From a plasmid: DNA of 64,000 nucleotides. Below the pieces are notes generated by a model that was given only the letters and a program-made list of their open reading frames with translations, was not told the origin of the DNA and did no database searches. The position numbers and the translations under genes were made by a program. The DNA lies in the sequence record CP121101.1. One strand, 5' to 3'. Shown here piece after piece: positions 21,180-30,604 of the stretch (positions within the stretch are counted from its first letter, which is position 1; each line of letters opens with the position of its first letter).

Positions 21180-21686
21180 CTACATGCATTCGTACATCTC
21201 CTGACATCGGCCTGATTCCACTTTGAAAATCCTCCCCATAAGTACGCCAAGATGCTGGCCTGCATGCTTCAGTGAAATTTCCTCCCGCTCATCGCCTTGG
21301 TAAAATTCGACTATGAATCTGACGATCTGCGTGTAGAGATCCAGAGGGTCCATTACATCAAAACTTGGTTGGAAGAGATTCAGCGTGTGAATCACAAGCC
21401 CCTCCAGACGGGGGTCGATTTTCGACGTTGGTCGGCCGGGAGTATTTTGCGTCCCCATCCACTGGATGGCTGAAATTGGCGAGCCCGTGATGATACCGAT
21501 TTTCTTCCTGTGAATTTTCAGCATGGACAGAAGCTGTTGAGTTCGTATCACTTCGTTAAGCTGTTCAGAGGTCTCCCCAATGATCATGGCGATGTCTGGC
21601 GATAACCTTATGTGCTCCGGTAGTATCAATGTAGCAAGAGAACCGAGCCTACTTGGATTCATCCTGCAGTATTGGACTACTGACAT
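21180..21686 (-). CDS. hypothetical protein (168 aa)
   Basis: ORF only. Confidence 0.4.
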   Translation of the reverse strand: MSVVQYCRMNPSRLGSLATLILPEHIRLSPDIAMIIGETSEQLNEVIRTQQLLSMLKIHRKKIGIITGSPISAIQWMGTQNTPGRPTSKIDPRLEGLVIHTLNLFQPSFDVMDPLDLYTQIVRFIVEFYQGDEREEISLKHAGQHLGVLMGRIFKVESGRCQEMYECM

Positions 21687-21718
21687 AAGTTCATCCCTTT
21701 TCAGTAGACATACATCTG

Positions 21719-22078
21719 CTAGGAATCACAATTTGTGAAGCTACTACTGATCAAATGCAGTAGAAGTGCCCGAGGGAATTGAGCATCTGCGTCCTCGTCC
21801 CTTGCAGGCATACCGTTGGCGATGGCATTGAATACTGGTCGAAGATCGATAGTTCCAAAGCACCCGCTAGGGTCATCATGAATGTCATCCATCACTCGGC
21901 GTTTGAACTGAAGCGTCTTTATCCAAAATTCATTCTGGCAAAATTGCTCAAGCCCATACCCTGTTAGATTGTGAGAAAAGGGGGCCGCATATGAACGATG
22001 TAGGATGGCGTGCCTGATTATCTCTGCCAGGAGTGAGCCACAGCATGCGATCAATTTGTCCCGTTTATTCGACATCAC
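21719..22078 (-). CDS. hypothetical protein (119 aa)
   Basis: ORF only. 14-nt overlap with the upstream gene. Confidence 0.35.
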   Translation of the reverse strand: MMSNKRDKLIACCGSLLAEIIRHAILHRSYAAPFSHNLTGYGLEQFCQNEFWIKTLQFKRRVMDDIHDDPSGCFGTIDLRPVFNAIANGMPARDEDADAQFPRALLLHLISSSFTNCDS

Positions 22079-22904
22079 ACTCTCCGCTGTTTAGTGCCAC
22101 GCTGATCGACATGCGTCGTATCAATCGCATTAGTCTGCCACAAGCTGGGTGAATTGTGTTGTCGTTTGATTCGTCGATCATGGAGATGATTGTTGCGTTG
22201 GCCCAGGACGAACGAGATAGGTTGAATCGCAGATGAATTGACTCTGCCATCTCGTTTTCATCGCGATATCCATTTCTGAGAGCCAACTTATCGAGGCCGG
22301 CCGCCAGTGACTCGCTTCGTGATGATTGTGCGCCGAGCAGAAGTAAAGGGATTGCTCTGACCATTTGTACTCTGCTGGAGACGCTGCGCAGATCAACACA
22401 GAAACCGCCATGTATAAGCGTTGATAGTTTTATGCCATATGTTGAGGCAATAGATTCGGCGGTGAGATAGATTGCGTGATCAAGAAATGAGAGGTCTTGT
22501 TGTGCTTCAGAGATCTGCTCTGGTGCTGTGGAGATCTCGATGTCTGGTTTTGTGGCGACCAGAAATGAAATGGCATGGCCAACAGTGTAACCCTCGATGG
22601 GGCTTGTTGGATTGTTGTCCCACTTATCCTGACCGTCGCAAATCTGCGAGAGAAGGGCGGCCACGTTTTTGATTTCCATGGCCGACGCCGACCGGAGCTT
22701 CTCAGCACCAAATGTTACGATGCTGTTCCAGCTTGCTCGGTAGTCGCGAATAAACCGCTTCGATGAGGCCATCACCTCTTCGTAACTACTAGGTGTATCA
22801 ATTGGAATTTCAAGCTGCTCGTTGCCGTAGAGTGCTGCAATTGCTAACAGTCTCTCCCCGCCATCAAGCTTCCTAAGATCCAAATCTTCTTCTAGCCCGT
22901 TCAC
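22065..22904 (-). CDS. hypothetical protein (279 aa)
   Basis: ORF only. A T11 homopolymer (22945-22955) sits about 40 nt upstream of its start. Confidence 0.45.
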   Translation of the reverse strand: MNGLEEDLDLRKLDGGERLLAIAALYGNEQLEIPIDTPSSYEEVMASSKRFIRDYRASWNSIVTFGAEKLRSASAMEIKNVAALLSQICDGQDKWDNNPTSPIEGYTVGHAISFLVATKPDIEISTAPEQISEAQQDLSFLDHAIYLTAESIASTYGIKLSTLIHGGFCVDLRSVSSRVQMVRAIPLLLLGAQSSRSESLAAGLDKLALRNGYRDENEMAESIHLRFNLSRSSWANATIISMIDESNDNTIHPACGRLMRLIRRMSISVALNSGECDVE

Positions 22905-22957
22905 TATTTATCCTCCCGCAATCACCACAAAATTTGTGTCTTTTTTTTTTGCGATAT

Positions 22958-23194
22958 CTATCTGATATCGCCGAGTGTTATGAATCTATTTGCATTGTTG
23001 AAATCGAGGTCAAGCATCAGCTCTTCGGTACCCTGTGCTGTCAGCACCATCACGTGCAAGTCAGCTCGTTTTCGCATGCCAACAATTTCAGCTGTGATCA
23101 TTGTGCCACCCAGGATAGAACGCTCAAACGTCAATACCGATGCAATGGCGTGCTGAATTTTGGACACTGCATCGCGTCTCGCTTTGGGATCCAT
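22958..23194 (-). CDS. small hypothetical protein (about 79 aa)
   Basis: An ORF from the internal Met (MDPKARRDAV...) would begin just after the relaxase stop. Confidence 0.25.
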   Translation of the reverse strand: MDPKARRDAVSKIQHAIASVLTFERSILGGTMITAEIVGMRKRADLHVMVLTAQGTEELMLDLDFNNANRFITLGDIR

Positions 23195-23217
23195 GTTCTT
23201 GTTCGCGCCATTTTGAT

Positions 23218-25016
23218 CTAGAAGGTGTAGAAAAGCCCCGGGCTGACAAAACAGAGCCTGCGTTCTGAAACGATATGTACTGCGCCAGCTCTTGCATTGA
23301 CCTGGATGGTCCCGGTCATGATCTGTGCACGTAGCCACTCAATAAATTGGTGTGCTGTATCAGAACGGCCAGAATTTTTTTTTTTGATGGAGTGTGGCGC
23401 GGACTGTCGAGTCTCCTGACGTGTACTCGGCGCCTCATTTCCTTGAATGAAGTTTTTGAAGTCGTCGCTTGTAGTCTTCACCGTCAAAGGGTATTCAACG
23501 TTGCTCGCTACCACTTCGGCAGTAAGTTCAGTGAAGCTCTGATTATCGGTGCAGGTTGGTGGGACTTGCTCATTACGCTGTTGAGGTTGTGACTCCATGC
23601 TCTGATCGGGTGGGACCATTTTGGCTTCAGGAGCGGCGGTGTTTTTCGGTATCGTCTGAGTAGAGATAGCCTTCTGATCTGAATGAACTTGTGATTGAGC
23701 GGGCTTAGCAACCTGCTTCACATCGCTTGTTGATGAGCCTGCCTTGGCCGGCTGAGCTTCACCGGGGATCTGATGATGATATTGTTCATCTACAGATGGG
23801 CATAGAAGCCTGCCGGTGTAGACTGGAAGCTTTGCATCTGGGTCTAGGACCTGGCGTTTGATCAGCACCACTGCAAGTGGCTTTTGATTTGGAGTGAACA
23901 TGAGCGAGTGCATCGCCTTCCCATTCATGTTCAGTATCAACATGCCGTTGTCACCCATTGTGTCGTAAATCAAGCTGGTGTTATCCGGCAGGAACTGGTT
24001 TTCGGAGCCGAGGGCAGATCGGATGCATTCGACGAAACGCGGGGCGACACAAGCAATGAAGTGTTGGGATACCCAATAGGGTGAATTTTTCTTGTTAGGC
24101 TCAAAGTCACGCAGTGACAGCGTAATTCCCTTGATGGCCAGGGCATGAATTTGCGGCCTTTTTGCAAGAGAGCTATTCACAGTGGCTTGTGCAGCTATTG
24201 CTACAGGGGCATCTGCCATGGGTCGCCTGTTGATTGAGAGTCGCACTCAATCACGCACCGACCGATATTCCCCCCTAGCTCCATTGCTTTTCCACCAATC
24301 GTGGCAAGCCATTCATCGCGGATGATTGATTTTTTCCAGATCCAACTGAGTGCAGCCCTTGGCATGATTTGGAATATCAGTGGAAGACTCGCAACTTCGT
24401 GTACGCCGTGCTGGCGGCGGTCATTGTATCGATAGATGTACTTGGTACCCGGCGCCATGGGGCCAAGGTGTGGCAACCAGGGTGTCATGTTTGACCCCTT
24501 CACAACCACCACATCAACATCAGTGAGGAGCTTGCCAATATCGTGCAGTGCCCCCGCTGAAGTCATCGCGAAGATATATAAGGCCTGCCATTGAGAGATC
24601 TGTTCCTCTCCATCGGCTATGTATAAGAATCGACCTGCGATTCGGGCTGAGTACACCGCAACTTCGATACTGTGCTCTAACAGACCACCAAGGTGAGCGT
24701 GGTGATGTCGTTCACTCGCGGGCAGGTGCTGGCACCAAGCTGCAAGATTTCGAAAGAGCTCCATGTAAATTTGATTGAATCGGGTCTCATCGAGTTGCGT
24801 GAACGCACTCAAGTTCTGCAGCAGGGGTATATGGCGTTTTAACAAGGCATCAGGGCTCTCTGCGACGAGGGCACCACCGCTTAATGCATTTGCTTGTTGT
24901 GCTGGATCAGCGTGTGATTTGTTATCGATTTGTCCGACTTGTTGCCTTGTTGACCGCTTGAACCACCAATTACGCACGCCTGCTTCTCCTTCACTTCTTG
25001 TAGTATTTTCTTCCAA
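23218..25016 (-). CDS. traI: MobH-family (TraI_2) ICE relaxase, split into two overlapping ORFs (probable frameshift near 24201-24246)
   Basis: N-terminal ORF 24201-25016 carries the HD/3H motif LPASERHHHAHLGGLLEHSIEV...LHDIGK. ORF 23218-24246 ends with a TraI_2_C-type tail (FIEWLRAQIMTGTIQVNARAGAVHIVSERRLCFVSPGLFYTF). The two pieces overlap by 46 nt in different frames, and together they are about 613 aa. An A12 homopolymer (23375-23386, coding IKKKN) lies inside the C-terminal part. Confidence 0.7.
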
Positions 25017-25167
25017 ACACTGATCACTCTGGGGTCAGCCTCTGGCATCACTTTTCTCTGAACTTGTGTTGGGTACATTCGACCGATGAAAGAGTGAAGG
25101 GCTTCATCTTCAGGGTTCCAGCTTTCCCCCTGGCAGTAGAAGTGCAGCCTCCCTAATGAACAGCTTG

Positions 25168-25455
25168 CTATCGCCATATGGGCGGCGGCTTCCGGAGTTT
25201 TCTCGGTTTGTGGCAATGGCTTGCCACAAGCAGCAACGGAAGTTCATTTTTGGGGGCCATTGAGCTGGGTGTTGCTGAGTCAAAAATTGCACAGTGGGCG
25301 GAAAAATCTCTGATCGCTGTATAAAGGACTCTCATCTCTGGCTCAAGAGCAAAGTTGAGCTTGTCCTTCCCGGTCAGAAATTCGTATAACTCACCCCAAG
25401 GGTTCACCGCTTTCTCTTTAACCAACACAACACCCCCCTTTAAGTTTTGTGGCAT
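25168..25455 (-). CDS. small hypothetical protein (95 aa) between the relaxase and the divergent 522-aa gene
   Basis: ORF with an ATG start; no motif recognised. Confidence 0.25.
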   Translation of the reverse strand: MPQNLKGGVVLVKEKAVNPWGELYEFLTGKDKLNFALEPEMRVLYTAIRDFSAHCAIFDSATPSSMAPKNELPLLLVASHCHKPRKLRKPPPIWR

Positions 25456-25507
25456 TATCTAGCAACTGAGGACTAATAAACGGCTGTCAATTTAGAGGGG
25501 GGTTTTT

Positions 25508-27076
25508 ATGGCGGGTGTTTGGGTTGTAAAGGGGGGGACGCTTCAACCGATTAGGCGTCTCGAGAAGTCTATAATCCTGCATCCAGACAACCGCGATAGC
25601 CTTGAGACGCAGGAGCTTCTTGCAACGTTGCACCACAATAAGTATTGGCTACTCTGTGGGTGTAAGAAGCCGGACGCGAGGATGTTTGTGCGCCAGGTTG
25701 CGGAAGATAGGTACCTGATAGTCAATCACCATGAGCATGGTCACCACGACCCACATTGCCCTCTGCGCACGTCTCTTGGGTTGGGAGGCGCATCGGAGGA
25801 CTCTGGCCCTGATGCTGGCGACAACACTACCGCGATGAAGCAGCCAGAGTATCGCCTGATCTCTCCATACCGCAAGATAGACCTGCTTTCGTTGGATGGT
25901 GATGTCATTGATGATGCGGAAGCACAACGGAGTGCTGCTCTTGATGAATTGGGCATATCACCTGTTGATAATTCGGATAAACCGAAACGAACTCAGGCTG
26001 AGAACCCCGCTCAGAAGGTAGATGTTCTCTACAAACTCCTCTGGCAACTGATGGACGATTCGTTCTGCACTTATCGTCACCACCGGCAGAAGATCTCGAT
26101 GAACTCTTTGCAGATGAAGATACGGGCGGCAGCGTATCCGCTCAATCTCAAAGGGTTTGGGTGCTTGCAGCAATTCACATTTGTTGGGGAACAGGGATTG
26201 GACATGCTGCTTGGCCAACTAAATCGTGCCCATAAACGCGACCCTAAGACCCGGCACCAATTCCTTTTTTTGTGTGTGATCGCCGACTACACCCTGTTTA
26301 ATGGTGCGGCTTCTTGCGTCTTGCTCAATGGTTCTGCACTAATGTTGGGGCAGGCTAAACGACCACCACTGTTGCTAAATGGGATGCAGTCAGGTGATGG
26401 TCCGTTCATGCTGGCTGTAACCTTTGCCTACGATAAGCCAACCGATGAGGGACCCTCAATCCTCCGTTGGGCGTTGCAACCGCTTGCCAGTGCAGAGACC
26501 CCGTTACCAGTTGCCAGTTGGCCAGAGCGCCTTATTGTGATTGAGATGGCCCGTTGCCTGGACAACATTGATCCCAACATCAGCACACGTTACCAGCTCT
26601 GGTTGCATAAGCCTGTTTTGCCAATGGTCGACCGAATGACTGGAGTCTGGATCCAGCCGGCGATCACGTTGATGGCCAAGGACTCTCGCGGTGAACGTTG
26701 CCGCGTTGCCTTCAGGCTCCAGGGGGAGGGTGACAATATCGAGGCCTACAAACGTACTTTTGAGCATGTCCATACCCTGGATCTGGATAGCCCCAGTACG
26801 TTGGCTAAGTCATGCCAAGAGATGTTTGTCATTGGGAAGGGGGTGATTGACGATCACTATCGGGCGCTTGACAAAGAGCGTGCTGAACTGGAAGCAATGG
26901 AAGAACAGAAAAAAATCGAGTATCGAATGCAGAATAGAGAGCTTGAAATCCGTGGAGAGCTATCCCTAGCTTCAGCTGGCCACCCAGATATTCCCCCGAT
27001 GCCGATGGACACTCCAGAGTATGAGATCCCTTACGATGAAGAGTGGGATCGCATGATAGAGGACCCGGACGACTGA
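25508..27076 (+). CDS. hypothetical protein (522 aa), divergent from the relaxase
   Basis: Intact ORF, His-rich patch NHHEHGHHDPHCP, acidic C-terminus, followed by a strong terminator. Confidence 0.5.
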   Translation: MAGVWVVKGGTLQPIRRLEKSIILHPDNRDSLETQELLATLHHNKYWLLCGCKKPDARMFVRQVAEDRYLIVNHHEHGHHDPHCPLRTSLGLGGASEDSGPDAGDNTTAMKQPEYRLISPYRKIDLLSLDGDVIDDAEAQRSAALDELGISPVDNSDKPKRTQAENPAQKVDVLYKLLWQLMDDSFCTYRHHRQKISMNSLQMKIRAAAYPLNLKGFGCLQQFTFVGEQGLDMLLGQLNRAHKRDPKTRHQFLFLCVIADYTLFNGAASCVLLNGSALMLGQAKRPPLLLNGMQSGDGPFMLAVTFAYDKPTDEGPSILRWALQPLASAETPLPVASWPERLIVIEMARCLDNIDPNISTRYQLWLHKPVLPMVDRMTGVWIQPAITLMAKDSRGERCRVAFRLQGEGDNIEAYKRTFEHVHTLDLDSPSTLAKSCQEMFVIGKGVIDDHYRALDKERAELEAMEEQKKIEYRMQNRELEIRGELSLASAGHPDIPPMPMDTPEYEIPYDEEWDRMIEDPDD

Positions 27077-27094
27077 ATTTCGGGCAAAAAAAAA

Positions 27095-27125
27095 CCACGC
27101 CAATAGGCGTGGTTTTTTGTTTTTT
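27095..27125. terminator. bidirectional rho-independent terminator
   Basis: AAAAAAAACCACGCCAATAGGCGTGGTTTTTTGTTTTTT. Confidence 0.65.
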
Positions 27126-27571
27126 AACTTCGGGCCTTAATTCGCAGGAGGCGTGAACGTTCAAATGCGGCCGCATCCTCCCGGCACATAAACCAGAAAC
27201 GAATCGCAAAGGCTAAGCCGACGACTTCAAGTGCTAAAACAATGTTGATCCACATAATGAGATCCTTGGCCAGAAAGGCCTGGTTGAGGTGGCCCAGATG
27301 GGCGGGTTGGAGGTTGGCAGCCGCGGTTAGCGGTACAGGCTGGTTATGCCATCGCCTGTCAGCACACTCTCGGGAGAGAGTGGTTTGGGCTGTGCGCATA
27401 TGAGGGCGCTCAGGCCAAACATGACAGTCTGAGAACGACAAAACGCAGCCAGGGCTGCGTTTTGTGATTGGGGTGACTCCGATGCATTTCTGCGTGTGCT
27501 ATGCGGGTAAACCGAAGGAGAATGAGCACTTCGGTAAAATTATCCTATAAGCGGCCGTCATGCAACGGCTG

Positions 27572-28285
27572 TTATTTATTGCCCATGATGTTCGTGACCA
27601 ATTTCTTGAGCATCCCGGGTTCGTGTTGCCCTTCCTGGGAAATGGGATGGCCCTGTTCACTGTTTGGTGAGTGACGGCGGGAGCGTTCTTGCCTATCACG
27701 CTCTGCCCGCTCTAGCGCGACGCGATAAGTGATACTGCCGCGCATAAAACCAATCAAGGCGCTGAAGCTGAGGCAAAATGCCTGGCACAGTCTGCGGCTG
27801 GTTTCATGCTTGTCTTTGGGTGAGCGATTGTGGGTCAGCAGCTCCATAAACTGCAGATCACGGTCGCTGGGCCCATCTGGAATGACGATGCCTGTTGGAG
27901 GGGTGATGTCGAAAACCTCCAGGATCGCTTTCTCTGGTGAGTAACCCATATCGAAGACAAGCTGGCGTAGCCTTGTGATGTGCTGCCGTGCTCGTTCTGC
28001 TCTCCGGTCGGCCTCGATCATCTCCAATTTAGTGGCACTCATACCCGGGGTGCATAAGGTGGAGGCATTTATTGGTTTGATGTTGACTGCCAGAAAACCT
28101 TTTTGTACGGCGCGAGCGTTGAATTCTACAATCATGCCGACTTCAGGAGGAGCCTCACCTAGCCAGTTTTGAGGGGTGATGAAGTAATCGACGCCGGAGA
28201 TGTCTGCGATAGTGCCGATGGGGCCCGTATCATTGATCACTGTACCGACGACAAAGCCGCGTAGAGGGCCAAATGCGATGCTCAT
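27572..28285 (-). CDS. hypothetical protein (237 aa)
   Basis: ORF only. Confidence 0.45.
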   Translation of the reverse strand: MSIAFGPLRGFVVGTVINDTGPIGTIADISGVDYFITPQNWLGEAPPEVGMIVEFNARAVQKGFLAVNIKPINASTLCTPGMSATKLEMIEADRRAERARQHITRLRQLVFDMGYSPEKAILEVFDITPPTGIVIPDGPSDRDLQFMELLTHNRSPKDKHETSRRLCQAFCLSFSALIGFMRGSITYRVALERAERDRQERSRRHSPNSEQGHPISQEGQHEPGMLKKLVTNIMGNK

Positions 28286-28291
28286 GATTTA

Positions 28292-28666
28292 CTACTGCTC
28301 CTGGTAAAGCCAGAGGCGCGAGATAAGCGGCTCATTGGCGGTTTTTTTTGTTTGCCGCGGTGGGCGTTTTTGGGTGACGTCGTAGTTCTTTAGAAGACCG
28401 ATCTTCACCTTCTGAGCTCCGAGAATGAGAACCGGGGTCGATGCTACTTGCATACGACGGCTATCTCCTTCCACCAGCCAGGCTTGCGGATGGACTGGAT
28501 TGGGGCGCCGGATGACAAGACGAGCATCATCGGAGAGTGCGGATAGCAGCACAATTTCATCCTCTAGCTGTGCGACCCAACCAGTTGGATCGATTACATG
28601 GCGAGGGGGGGAGTCCTGTGATGCTCTAAGCGTACCGATGATCTGTTGTTTGGTCATTCTCTGCAT
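28292..28666 (-). CDS. hypothetical protein (124 aa)
   Basis: 13-nt overlap with the upstream gene (operon). Confidence 0.4.
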   Translation of the reverse strand: MQRMTKQQIIGTLRASQDSPPRHVIDPTGWVAQLEDEIVLLSALSDDARLVIRRPNPVHPQAWLVEGDSRRMQVASTPVLILGAQKVKIGLLKNYDVTQKRPPRQTKKTANEPLISRLWLYQEQ

Positions 28667-29271
28667 AGTGTTTTTATGAGCCCAACAGAACGAAATTGAT
28701 CGGGCTGTGTGTCGCAGGCGACGGTGATTTGTCGGTAAAACTGCAAAGTGATCAGCCCCTCGAACATGCCTTTGCTATGCAGAAACTCCCACCGAGTATT
28801 GGGTCCCCCAATTATTGTGCCTGAGTTTGTTACTAGGTCTCGGAAGGTTTTTCGGTCTGCATTAATGGCATCGATTATACCGGCGAGCTCCTCGTTGTGC
28901 CTGGAGTGAATCTGAATCGCTCCCGGCAAGCGGTACACCAGGCGAGTGTTTTCACCAGCGTCCGCGTACAGATGGCCCCAAGCATGGTGAGCAGCATACA
29001 GAGCTTCGAGTCCGTGAGCCGGAGTCACCGTTATAGAGGGAGTGTCGTGGCGGGTATCCTGCTTCGGGTCATGCGGGGGGAGGGCAAAGGTGCTTCCTTG
29101 GATGAACTCGCTGTCGTCAATGAAGTCGCGCAGCATGGCCAACAGCTGGTGTTGACGCTGCTCCAGAGTGCGGAGCTGTGCAGCTAGTTCGTACTTATTC
29201 ATGGGGCACTCCATCGAGGGGCTCAAACTGGTGCTATTATGACCAGTGGAGAGTGATTTCTCAACCAACAT
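28654..29271 (-). CDS. hypothetical protein (205 aa)
   Basis: ORF only. Confidence 0.45.
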   Translation of the reverse strand: MLVEKSLSTGHNSTSLSPSMECPMNKYELAAQLRTLEQRQHQLLAMLRDFIDDSEFIQGSTFALPPHDPKQDTRHDTPSITVTPAHGLEALYAAHHAWGHLYADAGENTRLVYRLPGAIQIHSRHNEELAGIIDAINADRKTFRDLVTNSGTIIGGPNTRWEFLHSKGMFEGLITLQFYRQITVACDTQPDQFRSVGLIKTLCRE

Positions 29272-29624
29272 TCCTATAGGATGATCTTCAATCAGAACAC
29301 AGCCCTTCGGGCTGTGCTCAACTCCTGGGCTACTTTGCTCTAACGACGCCCCGAGTGCTCGGCTAGACCCGGTTCCGCTACTTCTGCGAGACCGCGCTCG
29401 CGCGAAGAGAAAGGGTGAGAGAGTGAAGAGAAAGAGAGAAAATAGAGATCATTACTTAGGCTTCGGAGTTTATGAGGATCGTATCGGTTCAGCAGCTAGG
29501 CGTCTTGTATCAGTTATCGAAATAGGAATGTTGGTTGAGATTTTAAATGTGACCACCTATCACAATAAGCTCTCCCCCGGAGATACCTCACACCTATGGC
29601 GCGATGGCCACAAAGCAGGGCATA

Positions 29625-29655
29625 AAAAAGCCCCGCTGTGCGGGGCTATTTCTTG
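29625..29655. terminator. rho-independent terminator (bidirectional)
   Basis: AAAAAAGCCCCGCTGTGCGGGGCTATTTCTT. Confidence 0.55.
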
Positions 29656-29684
29656 AATGTCAGTCTATGTGCTGCATTCACTGT

Positions 29685-30065
29685 TCAACAGACCTCATCT
29701 AGTGAGAGGTAACCTTGCGCACTGAGCCAGTTCAGTACCGCTTCGTGAAGAAGCTGGTCCGACTCCATTTTCAGTACAGACTCGAGAATCACTCGAGCCA
29801 GGCAATCCCCATCTTTCTTGTCAGCATGATCGTAGTCGAAGATGCATGCAAGCCGGGAGTAATCAACTAGCTCAGCAATCCAGGCAGAGGTTTTGCCACA
29901 GGCGGTAACCAGAGCATCCATTACCCCATCGTGTTCGTCCGGAGAGGCCTTACGATCACGTAAGTGCATTTGCCAGGTGTTTGCCAGCAGATAACCCATG
30001 GTGCTATCGAACATCGGTTTAGTAGCTACGGTGGTAGTAGCGGTATCTTGCAATGAGTTGTGCAT
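29685..30065 (-). CDS. hypothetical protein (126 aa)
   Basis: ORF only. Confidence 0.4.
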   Translation of the reverse strand: MHNSLQDTATTTVATKPMFDSTMGYLLANTWQMHLRDRKASPDEHDGVMDALVTACGKTSAWIAELVDYSRLACIFDYDHADKKDGDCLARVILESVLKMESDQLLHEAVLNWLSAQGYLSLDEVC

Positions 30066-30183
30066 TTGTATTCCAAAAGCCCAGAGGGCTGGTTAAACCT
30101 TCAACACGAATGTTGAGGCGAAAGGCCGTTGGCCTGGTTGAAGTGAATAGGGGTATAGCAGTCCAAAAAATCAGATTGACGAC

Positions 30184-30566
30184 CTATTCGTTATGGAAAA
30201 GAACATATCCAGCTCCGATTTTGCTGGCATCTCTGAACACCGGCCACAATCGTTCTGGGATTGCTCCTTCATCGAGGGCGTCGTAGTTCGCCATATTAAA
30301 AAGAAACTCATAAGTTGGGTTGTCATGGTGATGGTTGCCCTTATGAGAGAAGGAGGCGTGCTCACGCACCCATTCCCACTCCGGGACGTCATATGCGCAG
30401 TCATAATCTCCGACGGTTTCAGGCATGCTGATTTCCAGCACATGACAGACAGGGCCGGCAGTCACTGCCGGTATCTGAGACTTTCCGACTCTTAGATCAA
30501 TGACCTCGATTACTGCGCCCCGCATGGACGATGCGATACTCTCAACGACCCTTAGAAGCTCTGGAA
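30184..30566 (-). pseudogene. 3-prime part of a hypothetical gene interrupted by the Tn21-family transposon
   Basis: The reading frame ...PELLRVVESIASSMRGAVIEVIDLRVGKSQ...YVLFHNE runs in frame into the TGGAA duplication. The ORF-track ORF 30184-30666 is an artefactual fusion with transposon sequence. Confidence 0.6.
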
Positions 30567-30604
30567 GGGGTCGTCTCAGAAAACGGAAAATAAAGCACGC
30601 TAAG
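30567..30604. repeat. Tn21-family IR (tnp end)
   Basis: 38-bp terminal repeat identical to the Tn21 IR. The tnpA stop lies inside it. Confidence 0.9.

Noticed and set aside
24881-25216. 111-aa ORF overlapping the start of the relaxase
   Set aside because: It overlaps the relaxase N-terminus in another frame. The relaxase frame carries the conserved TraI_2 N-terminal features, so this ORF is most likely spurious.
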